Part shown: one piece after another, positions 33,272 to 41,982 of the stretch | Position numbering within the stretch: position 1 is the first letter of the stretch | Layout of the letters: every line of letters starts with the position of its first letter | From: an uncultured Gemmatimonadales bacterium | GTDB taxonomy: Bacteria > Gemmatimonadota > Gemmatimonadetes > Gemmatimonadales > GWC2-71-9 | Length of the DNA: 64,000 nucleotides | Direction of reading: 5' to 3' | Assembly (NCBI GenBank): GCA_963828735.1 | Contig: CAWHFW010000002.1 | Span: 672,001 to 736,000 of the forward strand | Notes under the pieces: generated by a model | Told to the model about the DNA's origin: nothing | The model's database searches: none | The model's input: the letters and a program-made list of their open reading frames with translations, nothing else | Translations under genes and position numbers: made by a program

Positions 33272-34095
33272 GCGCGAAGCAAGAAGCCTCCGGACGCCGT
33301 TCCGTTCAGGTCGAATTCGAGGTCCCCGGCACGCCGGAGGAAGTCTGGCAGGCCATCGCCACCGGGCCGGGGATTTCGTCCTGGTTCGTGCCGGCTGAGG
33401 TAGCGGAGCGCGGTGGGAAGCCCGTCGCAATGAAGTTGAACTTCGGCCCGGGCATGGAAGCCCGTTCTGCCCTGACGGCCTGGGATCCGCCGCGGAGGTT
33501 CGTCGCGCAGGGCGAGGGGTGGGCTGGCTCGCCGCCCATCGCAACCGAGTGGACCGTCGAAGCGCGCGGAGGAGGCATCTGCATCGTCCGCGTTGTCCAT
33601 AGCCTTTTCGCCAGCACGGACGATTGGGACAACCAGCTGGAGGGCGCCCAGTCCGGATTGTCGGGTTTCTTGAGCACCCTGCGGGTCTATCTCACGCACT
33701 TCCGCGGACAACGATCCGCGATCATGCAGATCATGGCTCCCGTCGCGGGTTCGGACGCGGAGGCCTGGGAGGCCTTAACCACGGCATTGGGGGTGAAAGG
33801 CTTGAGCGTCGGGCAGCGTTGGACGGCGCCGGCAGGTGTCCCCGCGTTCGGAGGCGTGGCGGAGCACGTCACCCAGAGTCCGTACGACGCCCTGCTGCGG
33901 CTCGACAAGCCCGGGCCGGGCATAGCCGCCCTTGGCGCGTTCACCTTCCCCGACGGCCGGACCATGGTTGCGATGAACTTCTACCTGTACGGCGATCAGG
34001 CGACCGAACGGGTTGCCCGCGAGACGCCGCTGTGGCAGGCGTGGATGCAAGAGCGCTTTCCGATGCCGACGGAGCAGAGTGGGGCAGTCACATGA
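33268..34095 (+). CDS. SRPBCC domain protein
   Basis: PGTPEEVWQAIATGPGISSWF; ATGA overlap. Confidence 0.88.
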   Translation: MSAKQEASGRRSVQVEFEVPGTPEEVWQAIATGPGISSWFVPAEVAERGGKPVAMKLNFGPGMEARSALTAWDPPRRFVAQGEGWAGSPPIATEWTVEARGGGICIVRVVHSLFASTDDWDNQLEGAQSGLSGFLSTLRVYLTHFRGQRSAIMQIMAPVAGSDAEAWEALTTALGVKGLSVGQRWTAPAGVPAFGGVAEHVTQSPYDALLRLDKPGPGIAALGAFTFPDGRTMVAMNFYLYGDQATERVARETPLWQAWMQERFPMPTEQSGAVT

Positions 34096-34673
34096 GACAG
34101 CTCAGGATCATCGAACACATCTCGCTGGACGGCGTGATCCAACACTCGCACGATGACGACGCTTTCCCCTACAGCGACTGGACCGCGCCCTATCGGACCC
34201 CCGCCGGCCGAGACGCAGTGATGGCCGCGCATGGCGAGCGTTTTGATCTGCTCCTTGGCCGTCGCACCTACGATATCTGGTCGGGATTCTGGCCAAAGGC
34301 GCCGAGCACTCCGATCGGGGACAGGCTCAATGCGGCAACGAAGTTTGTCGCTACGCACCGTCCGGAAAGCCTTGCATGGGGTCCGTTCGAGGGCTTTGGA
34401 CCGGACATCGTCGAGGGCGTTCGCCGCATCCAGTCGCAAGACGGCCCGAACCTCGTCATCTCGGGCAGCTCGACGCTGACATCGACAATGCTCGAGCACG
34501 GGCTCGCGGATGACGTCGTGCTGATCGTCTCTCCGGTGCTGCTGGGCACCGGGAAACGCTTCTTTGCAGAGGGAACCCCGGCACGTGCATTCGAGCTCGT
34601 CAGCACGCAAACAACGCCGACTGGCGTCATCCTCAGCACGTACAAGGTCGCCGGGCCTTTGAAGGCCGCGTAG
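34092..34673 (+). CDS. Dihydrofolate reductase/RibD C-terminal family protein
   Basis: ISLDGV, LLLGRRTY, GSS.L, PVLLG.GKR.F. Confidence 0.9.
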   Translation: MRQLRIIEHISLDGVIQHSHDDDAFPYSDWTAPYRTPAGRDAVMAAHGERFDLLLGRRTYDIWSGFWPKAPSTPIGDRLNAATKFVATHRPESLAWGPFEGFGPDIVEGVRRIQSQDGPNLVISGSSTLTSTMLEHGLADDVVLIVSPVLLGTGKRFFAEGTPARAFELVSTQTTPTGVILSTYKVAGPLKAA

Positions 34674-34736
34674 TTCGCCGACAGCGGCCACACGGCGCGA
34701 TCGATTCGCGTGTGTCCCTACATCCTGGAGTGCTGC

Positions 34737-35537
34737 ATGCACGTTCGTTCGATCCGTCTTCAGACCTTCGCCCTGCCGTCGCTCGCTGCACTCGCGCAAT
34801 CATCCCCGGTCATCGCCCTGGGCTGTGGTGTGTCGAGTGCAGCGGCACAGACGGATACGTACCCGAGGATGGCGGCGATCAGTGAATATCAGATGGAAGA
34901 AAGCGCCGAGATTCAATTGGCGCGAAGCGCCGCCCCAAACTCCATATCCGGCGACGCGACGATCCTGGTTCTGGGACGTCAGGGATACGAGACAGCCGTT
35001 GAGGGCAAGAACGGGTTTGTCTGCATCGTGGCAAGAAGTTGGATGGCCGCGTTCGACTGGCCCGAATTCTGGAACCCGCGAGTGAGAGCCGCCGACTGTA
35101 TGAACCCCCAGTCCGCACGTTCGATATTACCGATCGCTTTGTTGCGCAGCAGGATGGTGATGGCCGGTCGTTCCAAGGCGGAGATCCTATCGGCGGTCAA
35201 AGCGGCGTTCGAGAACAGGCAAGTGCCGAGGTTCGAGAGTGGCGCGATGGATTACATGATGTCGAAATCGGCCTATCTGACCGACGAGGGCGACCACAAC
35301 GCGCCTCATCTGATGTTCCTCACTACCGGCGTCGACGCCAAGGACTGGGGCTCTGGCGCGGCGGGCTCGCCGCTCATGTCGGCCCCCTATTGGTTCTTCT
35401 CGTCGAAGGAACCATCGCGAATGAAAGGGCTGCCACCGATTCTTGTGTTCCTAGTCGGGGTGGCGACTTGGTCCGACGGAACGCCTGTGGGCAAGGATGT
35501 GACTGATGAAGGCGCCGTGCGGTCGCCGGGCCTTTGA
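34737..35537 (+). CDS. Secreted hypothetical protein
   Basis: EI.LARSAAP, G.NGFVC, YMMSK, PHLMF; GGAG RBS. Confidence 0.8.
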   Translation: MHVRSIRLQTFALPSLAALAQSSPVIALGCGVSSAAAQTDTYPRMAAISEYQMEESAEIQLARSAAPNSISGDATILVLGRQGYETAVEGKNGFVCIVARSWMAAFDWPEFWNPRVRAADCMNPQSARSILPIALLRSRMVMAGRSKAEILSAVKAAFENRQVPRFESGAMDYMMSKSAYLTDEGDHNAPHLMFLTTGVDAKDWGSGAAGSPLMSAPYWFFSSKEPSRMKGLPPILVFLVGVATWSDGTPVGKDVTDEGAVRSPGL

Positions 35538-35580
35538 AGTCCGGATAGTTCGACACCTTTGAATCCCGCCATCCTGGAGT

Positions 35581-35600
35581 GCTGCATGTGCGGGTTAGGC
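35581..35600 (-). repeat. attC remnant (R''/L'' end)
   Basis: GCTGCATGTGCGGGTTAGGC. Confidence 0.65.
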
Positions 35601-35654
35601 AACTCGCCCTCGGGACCACCGCAGGCCTGGGACGCCTCGATCTTTTGGGGAGTT

Positions 35655-35795
35655 GCCTTACGGATGCCGCATCAGCTTCAAGCGATTAGGCTTAACATCC
35701 ACACCATTGGACGTTCCGTACCTCATCACCGGAGTTCGGCGCCCGCCTGGCGCCTCACGCGGGACGCGCTTGTCGCCTGCATGCGGGGGTCAGGC
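35655..35795 (-). repeat. Degenerate full-length attC
   Basis: GCCTTACGGATGCCGCATCAGC...CTGCATGCGGGGGTCAGGC, 141 bp. Confidence 0.7.
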
Positions 35796-35866
35796 CGCGG
35801 CCAAGCGCGATGCCCACACCAGCGGCGCCAGGAACTGCCGTCGAGCGAATGGTGTTAGAATGACAT

Positions 35867-36085
35867 ATGCCTAACATGACGAAACCCGACCCGCGCCCGC
35901 TGTTCACCCCCAGCACCGTCCCGCAACCCGGTGCGCCCGATCCCGTAGTCGCATTTATCGAAGACGCTCTGCTCGCCATCGCCAACCGCCAGGATGAAGC
36001 GGAGATCCGCGAGCTCCGCGAGGATGAGGCGGTGATCCGTGAGCTCCGCCAGGATGAGGCGGAGATCCCGGAGCCGTCGGCCTAA
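35867..36085 (+). CDS. Small acidic protein with 10-aa tandem repeats
   Basis: R(Q/E)DEA(E/V)IREL about 2.7 times; TGTTAGAAT extended -10 just upstream. Confidence 0.5.
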   Translation: MPNMTKPDPRPLFTPSTVPQPGAPDPVVAFIEDALLAIANRQDEAEIRELREDEAVIRELRQDEAEIPEPSA

Positions 36086-36144
36086 CGGGTTGCAATAAGC
36101 TGCAGGACCTCAAGCCCGCGCCCGCACCACTGAACGATTCCACT
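36080..36144 (-). repeat. attC half site
   Basis: GCCTAACGGGTTGCAATAAGCTGCAGG...GAACGATTCCACT, other half absent. Confidence 0.7.
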
Positions 36145-36179
36145 CCCTGACTACTAGGAGATCCGAACCAGGAGGCCGT

Positions 36180-36431
36180 ATGGCAAAGGGTCGCGACCAC
36201 CTCAGCGAACCCCACTGCTTTTGAGCGCACCAGCAAGCGGCGCAAGGGGTTCTTGTCGGAGACGCGCGTGAAGCGGGGAACCCGCGTGGTGCACGGCGAC
36301 AAAGAGCTCCTCGAGAAGCTCGGTCGAAACGACCTGTGCCCATGCGGCTCCCGGCGGCGGTTTCAAGCGCTGCTGCCTCGGCAGCGGTAAGTACGACGGG
36401 GTTCTTCGGGACTACTACTTTTAGGGACTGA
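36180..36431 (+). CDS. SEC-C zinc-binding motif protein split across frames (putative programmed +1 frameshifts)
   Basis: AGGAGG RBS + [18 protein letters not shown] in one frame, KRCC in the next; absent from the ORF track. Confidence 0.75.
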
Positions 36432-36441
36432 TCGACCAATG

Positions 36442-36479
36442 GAGAGCGGACTCAGCACACGGGTTCGCTCTTTCCTTTT
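36442..36479 (+). terminator. Rho-independent terminator after SEC-C gene
   Basis: GAGAGCGGAC/GTTCGCTCTT stem followed by TCCTTTT. Confidence 0.7.
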
Positions 36480-36488
36480 GAGCCGTTC

Positions 36489-36566
36489 GCCTAACGACTT
36501 GCGCATCAGCTGCAGGCCTTCGAGCCCGCGCCCGCCCTGCCTGGCGGCGGCATGCGCGGGTTAGGC
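36489..36566 (-). repeat. Short attC (central region deleted)
   Basis: GCCTAACGACTTGCGCATCAGCTGCAGG...GCATGCGCGGGTTAGGC, 78 bp. Confidence 0.8.
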
Positions 36567-36587
36567 GGCTGCCGGATCCACCCGCAC

Positions 36588-37007
36588 TTAGTCCCAGGGG
36601 TAGAAGCAATCGTAATTGCGTATAGCCACGATCTTGCCGTTGCGAAGCTCGAAGACCTGCGCGAATCGGGTGCGCAGCTGGGTGCCCGCCCTGAACGGCC
36701 CCGCATCGCGAGCGACTCGACCGCGCCACTCGGCCTCCACCACCACCTTGCTACCACCCGCCATGAGGCCCAACAACTCGAACTCCTGCTCAGCCATCAG
36801 TGCTTGGCCTCGTTGAGCGGCCTCCTGCATGCCCCGGAGGTCGCGACGAGTGCCAGTCGGGAGGAGACGGTTGGGGAATTCCTCTTGGACGACGTCGGGC
36901 GCGAACCACTTCTCCCAGTCAACTGTGGCGGGACCGTGAGCGATGGCAGCGTAGTAGCTGCGGATCACGGCGAGATTCCCAGCTTCTTCAGAGGCAGCAG
37001 CCCTCAC
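36588..37007 (-). CDS. SnoaL/NTF2-like protein
   Basis: FAPDVVQEEFPN.L.P.G, R.GKI...RNYDCF. Confidence 0.85.
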   Translation of the reverse strand: MRAAASEEAGNLAVIRSYYAAIAHGPATVDWEKWFAPDVVQEEFPNRLLPTGTRRDLRGMQEAAQRGQALMAEQEFELLGLMAGGSKVVVEAEWRGRVARDAGPFRAGTQLRTRFAQVFELRNGKIVAIRNYDCFYPWD

Positions 37008-37026
37008 CGGAGTTCCTTTGGCAGAC

Positions 37027-37168
37027 GCCTAACGGATTGCAAATCAGCTGCAGGCGACGATCTCACCGCCCGCACAAATGAACGCCTCCACTGCTCGGCC
37101 TCGAGGAGAGCCGCGCCCATTTGGAACTCCGGCCACCCCGGCCTGTCGGCTGCATTTGCGGGTTAGGC
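37027..37168 (-). repeat. attC site (intact)
   Basis: GCCTAACGGATTGCAAATCAGCTGCAGG...CCTGTCGGCTGCATTTGCGGGTTAGGC. Confidence 0.92.
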
Positions 37169-37186
37169 TGCAGCGGGCCGTGCGGC

Positions 37187-37438
37187 TCATGGGTGTGGCG
37201 CTTGGTCCGGGTGCTTCGCCCAGTAGAGTACGTCCTGATACTTGTGCTGGGCCGCGGCGAGGAAGTAGCCCAGACGGCCGAGATTGCCGCCACTCAGGGC
37301 GAGCATCGCACGCCGTACATGCTCGACATCACGCTCATGTGGCGACATGCCATACTGCGACAGCATCACGTGCGCTTGGCGCCGGTCGGCCGGGGCGAAG
37401 CGCTCGGCGAGTTCGTGTTCGAGAGCTGCTGAGAGCAT
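37187..37438 (-). CDS. Small hypothetical cassette protein
   Basis: V..A.L.LS.G....L.......A...Y.DVLYWA; bounded by attC sequences. Confidence 0.7.
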   Translation of the reverse strand: MLSAALEHELAERFAPADRRQAHVMLSQYGMSPHERDVEHVRRAMLALSGGNLGRLGYFLAAAQHKYQDVLYWAKHPDQAPHP

Positions 37439-37459
37439 GTGTGTCAAAGTACGCTTCGA

Positions 37460-37523
37460 GGGACGGGGCGCCCGAGCGGAGCTCGGGACCACCTCCGGCC
37501 GTCGCTGCATGCGCGGGTTAGGC
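37460..37523 (-). repeat. attC half site
   Basis: ...GGCCGTCGCTGCATGCGCGGGTTAGGC. Confidence 0.7.
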
Positions 37524-37549
37524 CCCATTCACACCGGGAAGTCCGCTCG

Positions 37550-38008
37550 TTACCCGAGACGGGTGTACGTGAGCTGGAGGTCTGGCTCCCAGCGGTCACC
37601 ACGATTCAACTCGCCCTGCCCCACCATGCGCTTGCCCCCATCGACAAGTCTACCGGTAAATCGTTGAGAGAAGCCAGGAGTGTCACGCCACCACTGCCAC
37701 TGGTCGCTGCGCAGCGCAACGGCGTAGCGCAGCGAAACCCCCCGCTCGTCGAAATACAACATGGAACATTCCTTGGCATCGTCGTCGGTGCCGAAGATCC
37801 CGATGCCACTTGGAATGTCTGGTTCGTCGATCTCCGAGCGCATGACGAGGAAAGCCCCGCCGTCGGACCACGGGAAGCTGGTGCGACCATGAAGAGTTTT
37901 GCCCGGCAACATGGGGTGCGAGCCTTCAGTGCGCCATTCGCCGACAAGGAAGTCAAGAGGCTTCAGGGCCGGGTTTGGAATGGCAGCTTCGTAGCCGATA
38001 ATAGCCAT
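37550..38008 (-). CDS. DUF1579-like protein
   Basis: L..LVGEW, YFDERGV, SQRF.G, DL.LTYTR. Confidence 0.78.
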   Translation of the reverse strand: MAIIGYEAAIPNPALKPLDFLVGEWRTEGSHPMLPGKTLHGRTSFPWSDGGAFLVMRSEIDEPDIPSGIGIFGTDDDAKECSMLYFDERGVSLRYAVALRSDQWQWWRDTPGFSQRFTGRLVDGGKRMVGQGELNRGDRWEPDLQLTYTRLG

Positions 38009-38066
38009 GCGACACAGTACCGAAGATGAGGGGAGTGTGGCCGGATGCGGATCCGGGGTGAATGCG

Positions 38067-38210
38067 GCCCAACGGATTGCAAATCAGCTGCAGGCGATCA
38101 GCCTCGCGCCCGCACCAATCAACGCTTCCACTGTTTGGCCTCGAGGAGCGCCGGCGCCCGGGCGGAGCGCGGGCCCGCTCCGGCCTGTCGGCTGCATTTG
38201 CGGGTTAGGC
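38067..38210 (-). repeat. attC site (intact)
   Basis: GCCCAACGGATTGCAAATCAGCTGCAGG...GCTGCATTTGCGGGTTAGGC. Confidence 0.92.
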
Positions 38211-38244
38211 GGCGCAATCGCACGCGGCGAGCTCCGACGCGCGT

Positions 38245-39756
38245 TCAATGTGCTTTGGCATACGCCTGGGCTCCGCGCAGCAGGTGGTCAAGATCCTTCC
38301 GCGTCAGGAGGTGTCCGTTCACGACGACCGCCCGAATGCGGGAGGCGTTGTGGACGTCCGTGAGCGGATTCGCGTCGAGTAGCACGAGATCGGCGAGCTG
38401 GCCAACGGCGATGCTACCCAGCGAGTCGGTCGCCTGGAGGAACCGGGTCGGAGCCGTGGTGGCTGCGGCTACGGCGGATCGCGGTGACAGCCCCGCCTCG
38501 ACGAGGGCGGAGATCTCCTCGTGTAGGCTGAACCCGGGGTAGACGTGGGGATCGAGCACGTCTGAGCCTGCCAGCAGCGGCACCCCGGCGCGCCCCATCG
38601 CCGCGACGATACGAAGGGAGCCGCCATACAGTTCCTGGAGGCTCGCGAAGTCTTCGCTCGACATGTCCTTGAGGCGGTCGTCGTTGCGGGGGTCCCATTC
38701 CCACCGGAGCTTGGTCGTGGCGTAGCGCAGATAGGGATCGCGGCTGGCGTCGTATTCCTTCACCCAAGCGATGCTGCGCAGCGTAACCAGAGTCGGCACC
38801 TGCCAGGTGTCGTTCTGCACGAGCCGCGCGAAGTACGGCTGGCAGGCTGCCTCGTCGAATGTGCTGACGCCGAGGTGGTTGATGGCGCGCGTCAGCATCG
38901 CGCGGTGCGTCGCGGAGGTGTCGCGCGCCCGCGTGGCGCGGAGCGAGAGGACAGAATCGGGCTGGCTGGTGCACTCCCGGCTGGCGCCCTGCAGGTGCTC
39001 GATGCTGCGTTGCCCCGAGTCCGAGACATCGCGCGGGCTCACACCGGCCGGCACGTGCCCCGCAACCGGCAGCCCGTTCGCGCGCGCGGCCCGGAGGAGC
39101 GCGAAGTAGGCCTCTGGCAGAATGTCGCCGATGACCTTGATGAAGTCGGCACCCTGCTCCTTGGCGTGCCGGACCGCAGCTATGGCGTCGGCGCTGTCCC
39201 GAACGGCATGGGTCCCTGGAAAGGGCGGCGGCTTGGCCCCCCTGAGAGCGTTCCCCGCCACGACGAGGCGCGGACCCAATAGCGTGCCGGCGGCAATGTC
39301 GTGCTTCCATGTCCGCACCACCGATGCGGGCGGGGCCACACCGGCCGAGTCGGTCCCGGCACAGATGCTCTCGCAATCACCCCACATGTCGCGGAGGCCA
39401 GTGACACCGTTGGCGAGGTACAGCGGGAACATCAGCGAGCGGGTCGTAGAATCGTCGGGCAGGTGCGCGTGCATGTCCCAGAGGCCGGGGAGGAGGAACT
39501 TGCCATTAGCAGCGACCACACGGCTGCCCGCTGGGACGTCGAGGGTCGCCGACGGGCCGAGGCCGACAATGCGACTGCCCCTGATGACGACACTCTGATC
39601 CACCAGCGATGGACTGTCGGACATGGTTAGGACAGTCACGTGTGTGAACACGACCGGAGGGACGGCCTGTTGAGCCAAAAGGCCGGTCGCAGGTGCAACG
39701 CTTGCAACACACAGAACAGCGTTCGCCGTAATGTTCCAGGATCGCATTCGCATCAT
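38245..39756 (-). CDS. Secreted amidohydrolase family protein
   Basis: PGLWDMHAH, GADFIK, SIEH, LAGSD, G..ADLVLL.ANP. Confidence 0.9.
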   Translation of the reverse strand: MMRMRSWNITANAVLCVASVAPATGLLAQQAVPPVVFTHVTVLTMSDSPSLVDQSVVIRGSRIVGLGPSATLDVPAGSRVVAANGKFLLPGLWDMHAHLPDDSTTRSLMFPLYLANGVTGLRDMWGDCESICAGTDSAGVAPPASVVRTWKHDIAAGTLLGPRLVVAGNALRGAKPPPFPGTHAVRDSADAIAAVRHAKEQGADFIKVIGDILPEAYFALLRAARANGLPVAGHVPAGVSPRDVSDSGQRSIEHLQGASRECTSQPDSVLSLRATRARDTSATHRAMLTRAINHLGVSTFDEAACQPYFARLVQNDTWQVPTLVTLRSIAWVKEYDASRDPYLRYATTKLRWEWDPRNDDRLKDMSSEDFASLQELYGGSLRIVAAMGRAGVPLLAGSDVLDPHVYPGFSLHEEISALVEAGLSPRSAVAAATTAPTRFLQATDSLGSIAVGQLADLVLLDANPLTDVHNASRIRAVVVNGHLLTRKDLDHLLRGAQAYAKAH

Positions 39757-39773
39757 CACTCCGGAGGGGGTCC

Positions 39774-39915
39774 GCCTAACGGATTGCAAATCAGCTGCAG
39801 GCGATCATCTTACCGCCCGCACAAGTCAACGCTTCCTCTGCTCGGCCACAGGTGCGCTGCGCCCGCGAGGAGCGCCGGCCCGCCCCAGCCTGTCGGCTGC
39901 ATTTGCGGGTTAGGC
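39774..39915 (-). repeat. attC site (intact)
   Basis: Same consensus; contains TAA of the upstream cassette gene. Confidence 0.92.
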
Positions 39916-40497
39916 GGCGCCGTCGATAATCTTTAGTGCTTCTCGGTTCTCGAGCCTCAGCCAATAGATCGTTTGGGTGACTGCTCCAACGATATCGTAA
40001 AACTCTGACTGAAATGGGATAGCCATGTACTCGTGTTCCATCCAGCGCGAGTACTCTTCAGTCTTGTCGCGATGCGTATGAGCCAAGCCGCCATAGAGAA
40101 AGACGTCAAGAATTCGGCGGCGACTCACCGGTTGCTTCTGCCAGACAATCGGGCTTTCCCGGTCCAGGTAGGTGTTCATCTTGTTTCGAATCCCCGAGAC
40201 GCGGTCGGTTAACGAGGCTAGTTCGGGCGCATCGGCGTAGAGCGCCGCGAGGCGGCGAATCGAAATTGGCTCGTTGTCTTGGATGAAGAGTCGAAACGTC
40301 AGAACAAAGGCATCCACCTCATCCACGGTAGCAAGATCGCCAGTAACCTGCATGGGTTTGCCGACGCGGCCCTCGAACTTGTACGAACCCTTGCCGGCTC
40401 TCAGGGCAGCTAGGAACTGCAGCCCATTAAGTTTTTCGGCCTTCTCGTTGAAGAGCCGGAGGGTCCGGCGGACATCGCTTAGGTCGCTATCAGACAT
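39910..40497 (-). CDS. Hypothetical helical protein, atypical (lower-GC) codon usage
   Basis: Fills the space exactly between two intact attC sites. Confidence 0.8.
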   Translation of the reverse strand: MSDSDLSDVRRTLRLFNEKAEKLNGLQFLAALRAGKGSYKFEGRVGKPMQVTGDLATVDEVDAFVLTFRLFIQDNEPISIRRLAALYADAPELASLTDRVSGIRNKMNTYLDRESPIVWQKQPVSRRRILDVFLYGGLAHTHRDKTEEYSRWMEHEYMAIPFQSEFYDIVGAVTQTIYWLRLENREALKIIDGAA

Positions 40498-40509
40498 GGT
40501 CGTGCGTCC

Positions 40510-40652
40510 GCCTAACGGATTGCAAATCAACTGCAGGCGATCACCTTCACGCCCACACTAATCAACGCTTCCACTGCTGGGCCTACCGGAGGGCCGCGCC
40601 CGCACAGAGCTCCGGCCCGCCCCGGCCTGTCGGCTGCATGCGCGGGTTAGGC
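40510..40652 (-). repeat. attC site (intact)
   Basis: GCCTAACGGATTGCAAATCAACTGCAGG...GCTGCATGCGCGGGTTAGGC. Confidence 0.92.
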
Positions 40653-40680
40653 AGCAGCCCGGGCGAGTCCACCCATCGCC

Positions 40681-41358
40681 TCACCAAAGGCCCGGCACGA
40701 GCCGGGAGCGAACGCGCCCCGCATACTCCGTATACGCCGGCAGCGCTTGGACCAGTACCCGCTCCTCCAACACGAGGCGCAGGGCGAGCAAGCCGATCGG
40801 AATGAGCGCTACCCCGAGACCGATCGGCGAGCGGAGCCAGATGGGAACCCCCAGCAGCGCCGCCACTAGGCCGGCATACATCGGGTGGCGCACCACACCG
40901 TAGACGCCCGCGTCCACCACGGTGTGTCTGCGCTCCGGTTGATGACGCACGACGGTCGTGGCATAGGCGTTCGTTTCGAGCGCGCGCATGACGAGCATCC
41001 ATCCCACAGCGAAGAAGGCGAGCCCGAACCAGGCGAGCATCGGTGATAGGGCCGTCGCCCAGCGCCAGCGTTGCCGGTCCAGTCCCGTCAGCACCAATTC
41101 ACCTGCGTAGGAAGCCATGAAGGCCAGGAGGAGGATCTTGTCCGACAGCGGCTGGCCGGGCTGCCACGGTCCCTTGGCCCGCTCGGGCAGCAGGCCTGGG
41201 TTGGCTCGAACAATCCGGACGGTGCCAATCATGTGGATCACGAGGTAAAGGCCAACGAGTACCCAGGCGCGCCCCCAACTCCAGGCGCCCGTAGGGCCGA
41301 GGAGGGCGGCACCGAAGAGAAGCGTGGCGAACAAGGTGTTCAAGAGCGCTCGGAACAT
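40681..41358 (-). CDS. ICMT family methyltransferase, second copy
   Basis: VVDAGVY.VVRHPMY, EE..L...LP.Y..Y...VR.RL.P. Confidence 0.88.
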   Translation of the reverse strand: MFRALLNTLFATLLFGAALLGPTGAWSWGRAWVLVGLYLVIHMIGTVRIVRANPGLLPERAKGPWQPGQPLSDKILLLAFMASYAGELVLTGLDRQRWRWATALSPMLAWFGLAFFAVGWMLVMRALETNAYATTVVRHQPERRHTVVDAGVYGVVRHPMYAGLVAALLGVPIWLRSPIGLGVALIPIGLLALRLVLEERVLVQALPAYTEYAGRVRSRLVPGLW

Positions 41359-41405
41359 GGTGTTCAGCGGCTTTCCGTGTGCAAGTCGGGGTGCTGGTTG
41401 CTGCT

Positions 41406-41534
41406 GCCTAACGACATGCTAATCAGCTGCAAACGACCTTAGATAACCTACGGTCCGTTGTTGTCGCTGGGAGGGGCGGATGCGGGCGGAGTGCGGCTCC
41501 GCCCGCGTTTGTCGGCTGCATTAGCGGGTTAGGC
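41406..41534 (-). repeat. attC site (divergent subtype)
   Basis: GCCTAACGACATGCTAATCAGCTGC...GCTGCATTAGCGGGTTAGGC, 129 bp; compensatory CTAAT/ATTAG change. Confidence 0.9.
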
Positions 41535-41963
41535 CGCGCGGCGCTCCCAGGCACGCACGCGACCGCGCACCATGCGGAATAGTGGGTGAGCGGCCGGATG
41601 GCGAGTCGTCACCAGCTGTTGGTAACGCTCCGGGGCCCGTTGCCGGAGTTTACTCAACAAGTGCACCCATTCGGCGGCCAATTGTCCTGTAGTTTCCGTA
41701 ATCCGCAGGCCCGAGCGGGCACGCCCGAGCTTTTTCGGGTCGAAAGCGTACCCGCGACGGCAAGCCTCCACGTACACGGCCGCCAGGTACTGGTTCAGAG
41801 ACTCCACCGGACGGGCCTGCTCCCGGAATCGCGTCAGTTGGGGGTGGTGCCGGTAACCCCGGGTGCCGCCGCGGAGCACGGCCCGGGCGAGCAGCGCCTC
41901 GCGCCAGAGAGCCACCAACCCGCGGGCGTCCAGGTATTTTGGGTGCACGGTCCAGAGCCGCAT
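41529..41963 (-). CDS. Pyrimidine dimer DNA glycosylase/endonuclease V family protein
   Basis: MRLWTVHPKYLD..GLVALWRE.LLA, Y.HHPQL.RF. Confidence 0.9.
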   Translation of the reverse strand: MRLWTVHPKYLDARGLVALWREALLARAVLRGGTRGYRHHPQLTRFREQARPVESLNQYLAAVYVEACRRGYAFDPKKLGRARSGLRITETTGQLAAEWVHLLSKLRQRAPERYQQLVTTRHPAAHPLFRMVRGRVRAWERRAA

Positions 41964-41982
41964 TCCTAGATCTCCGGCGTCG

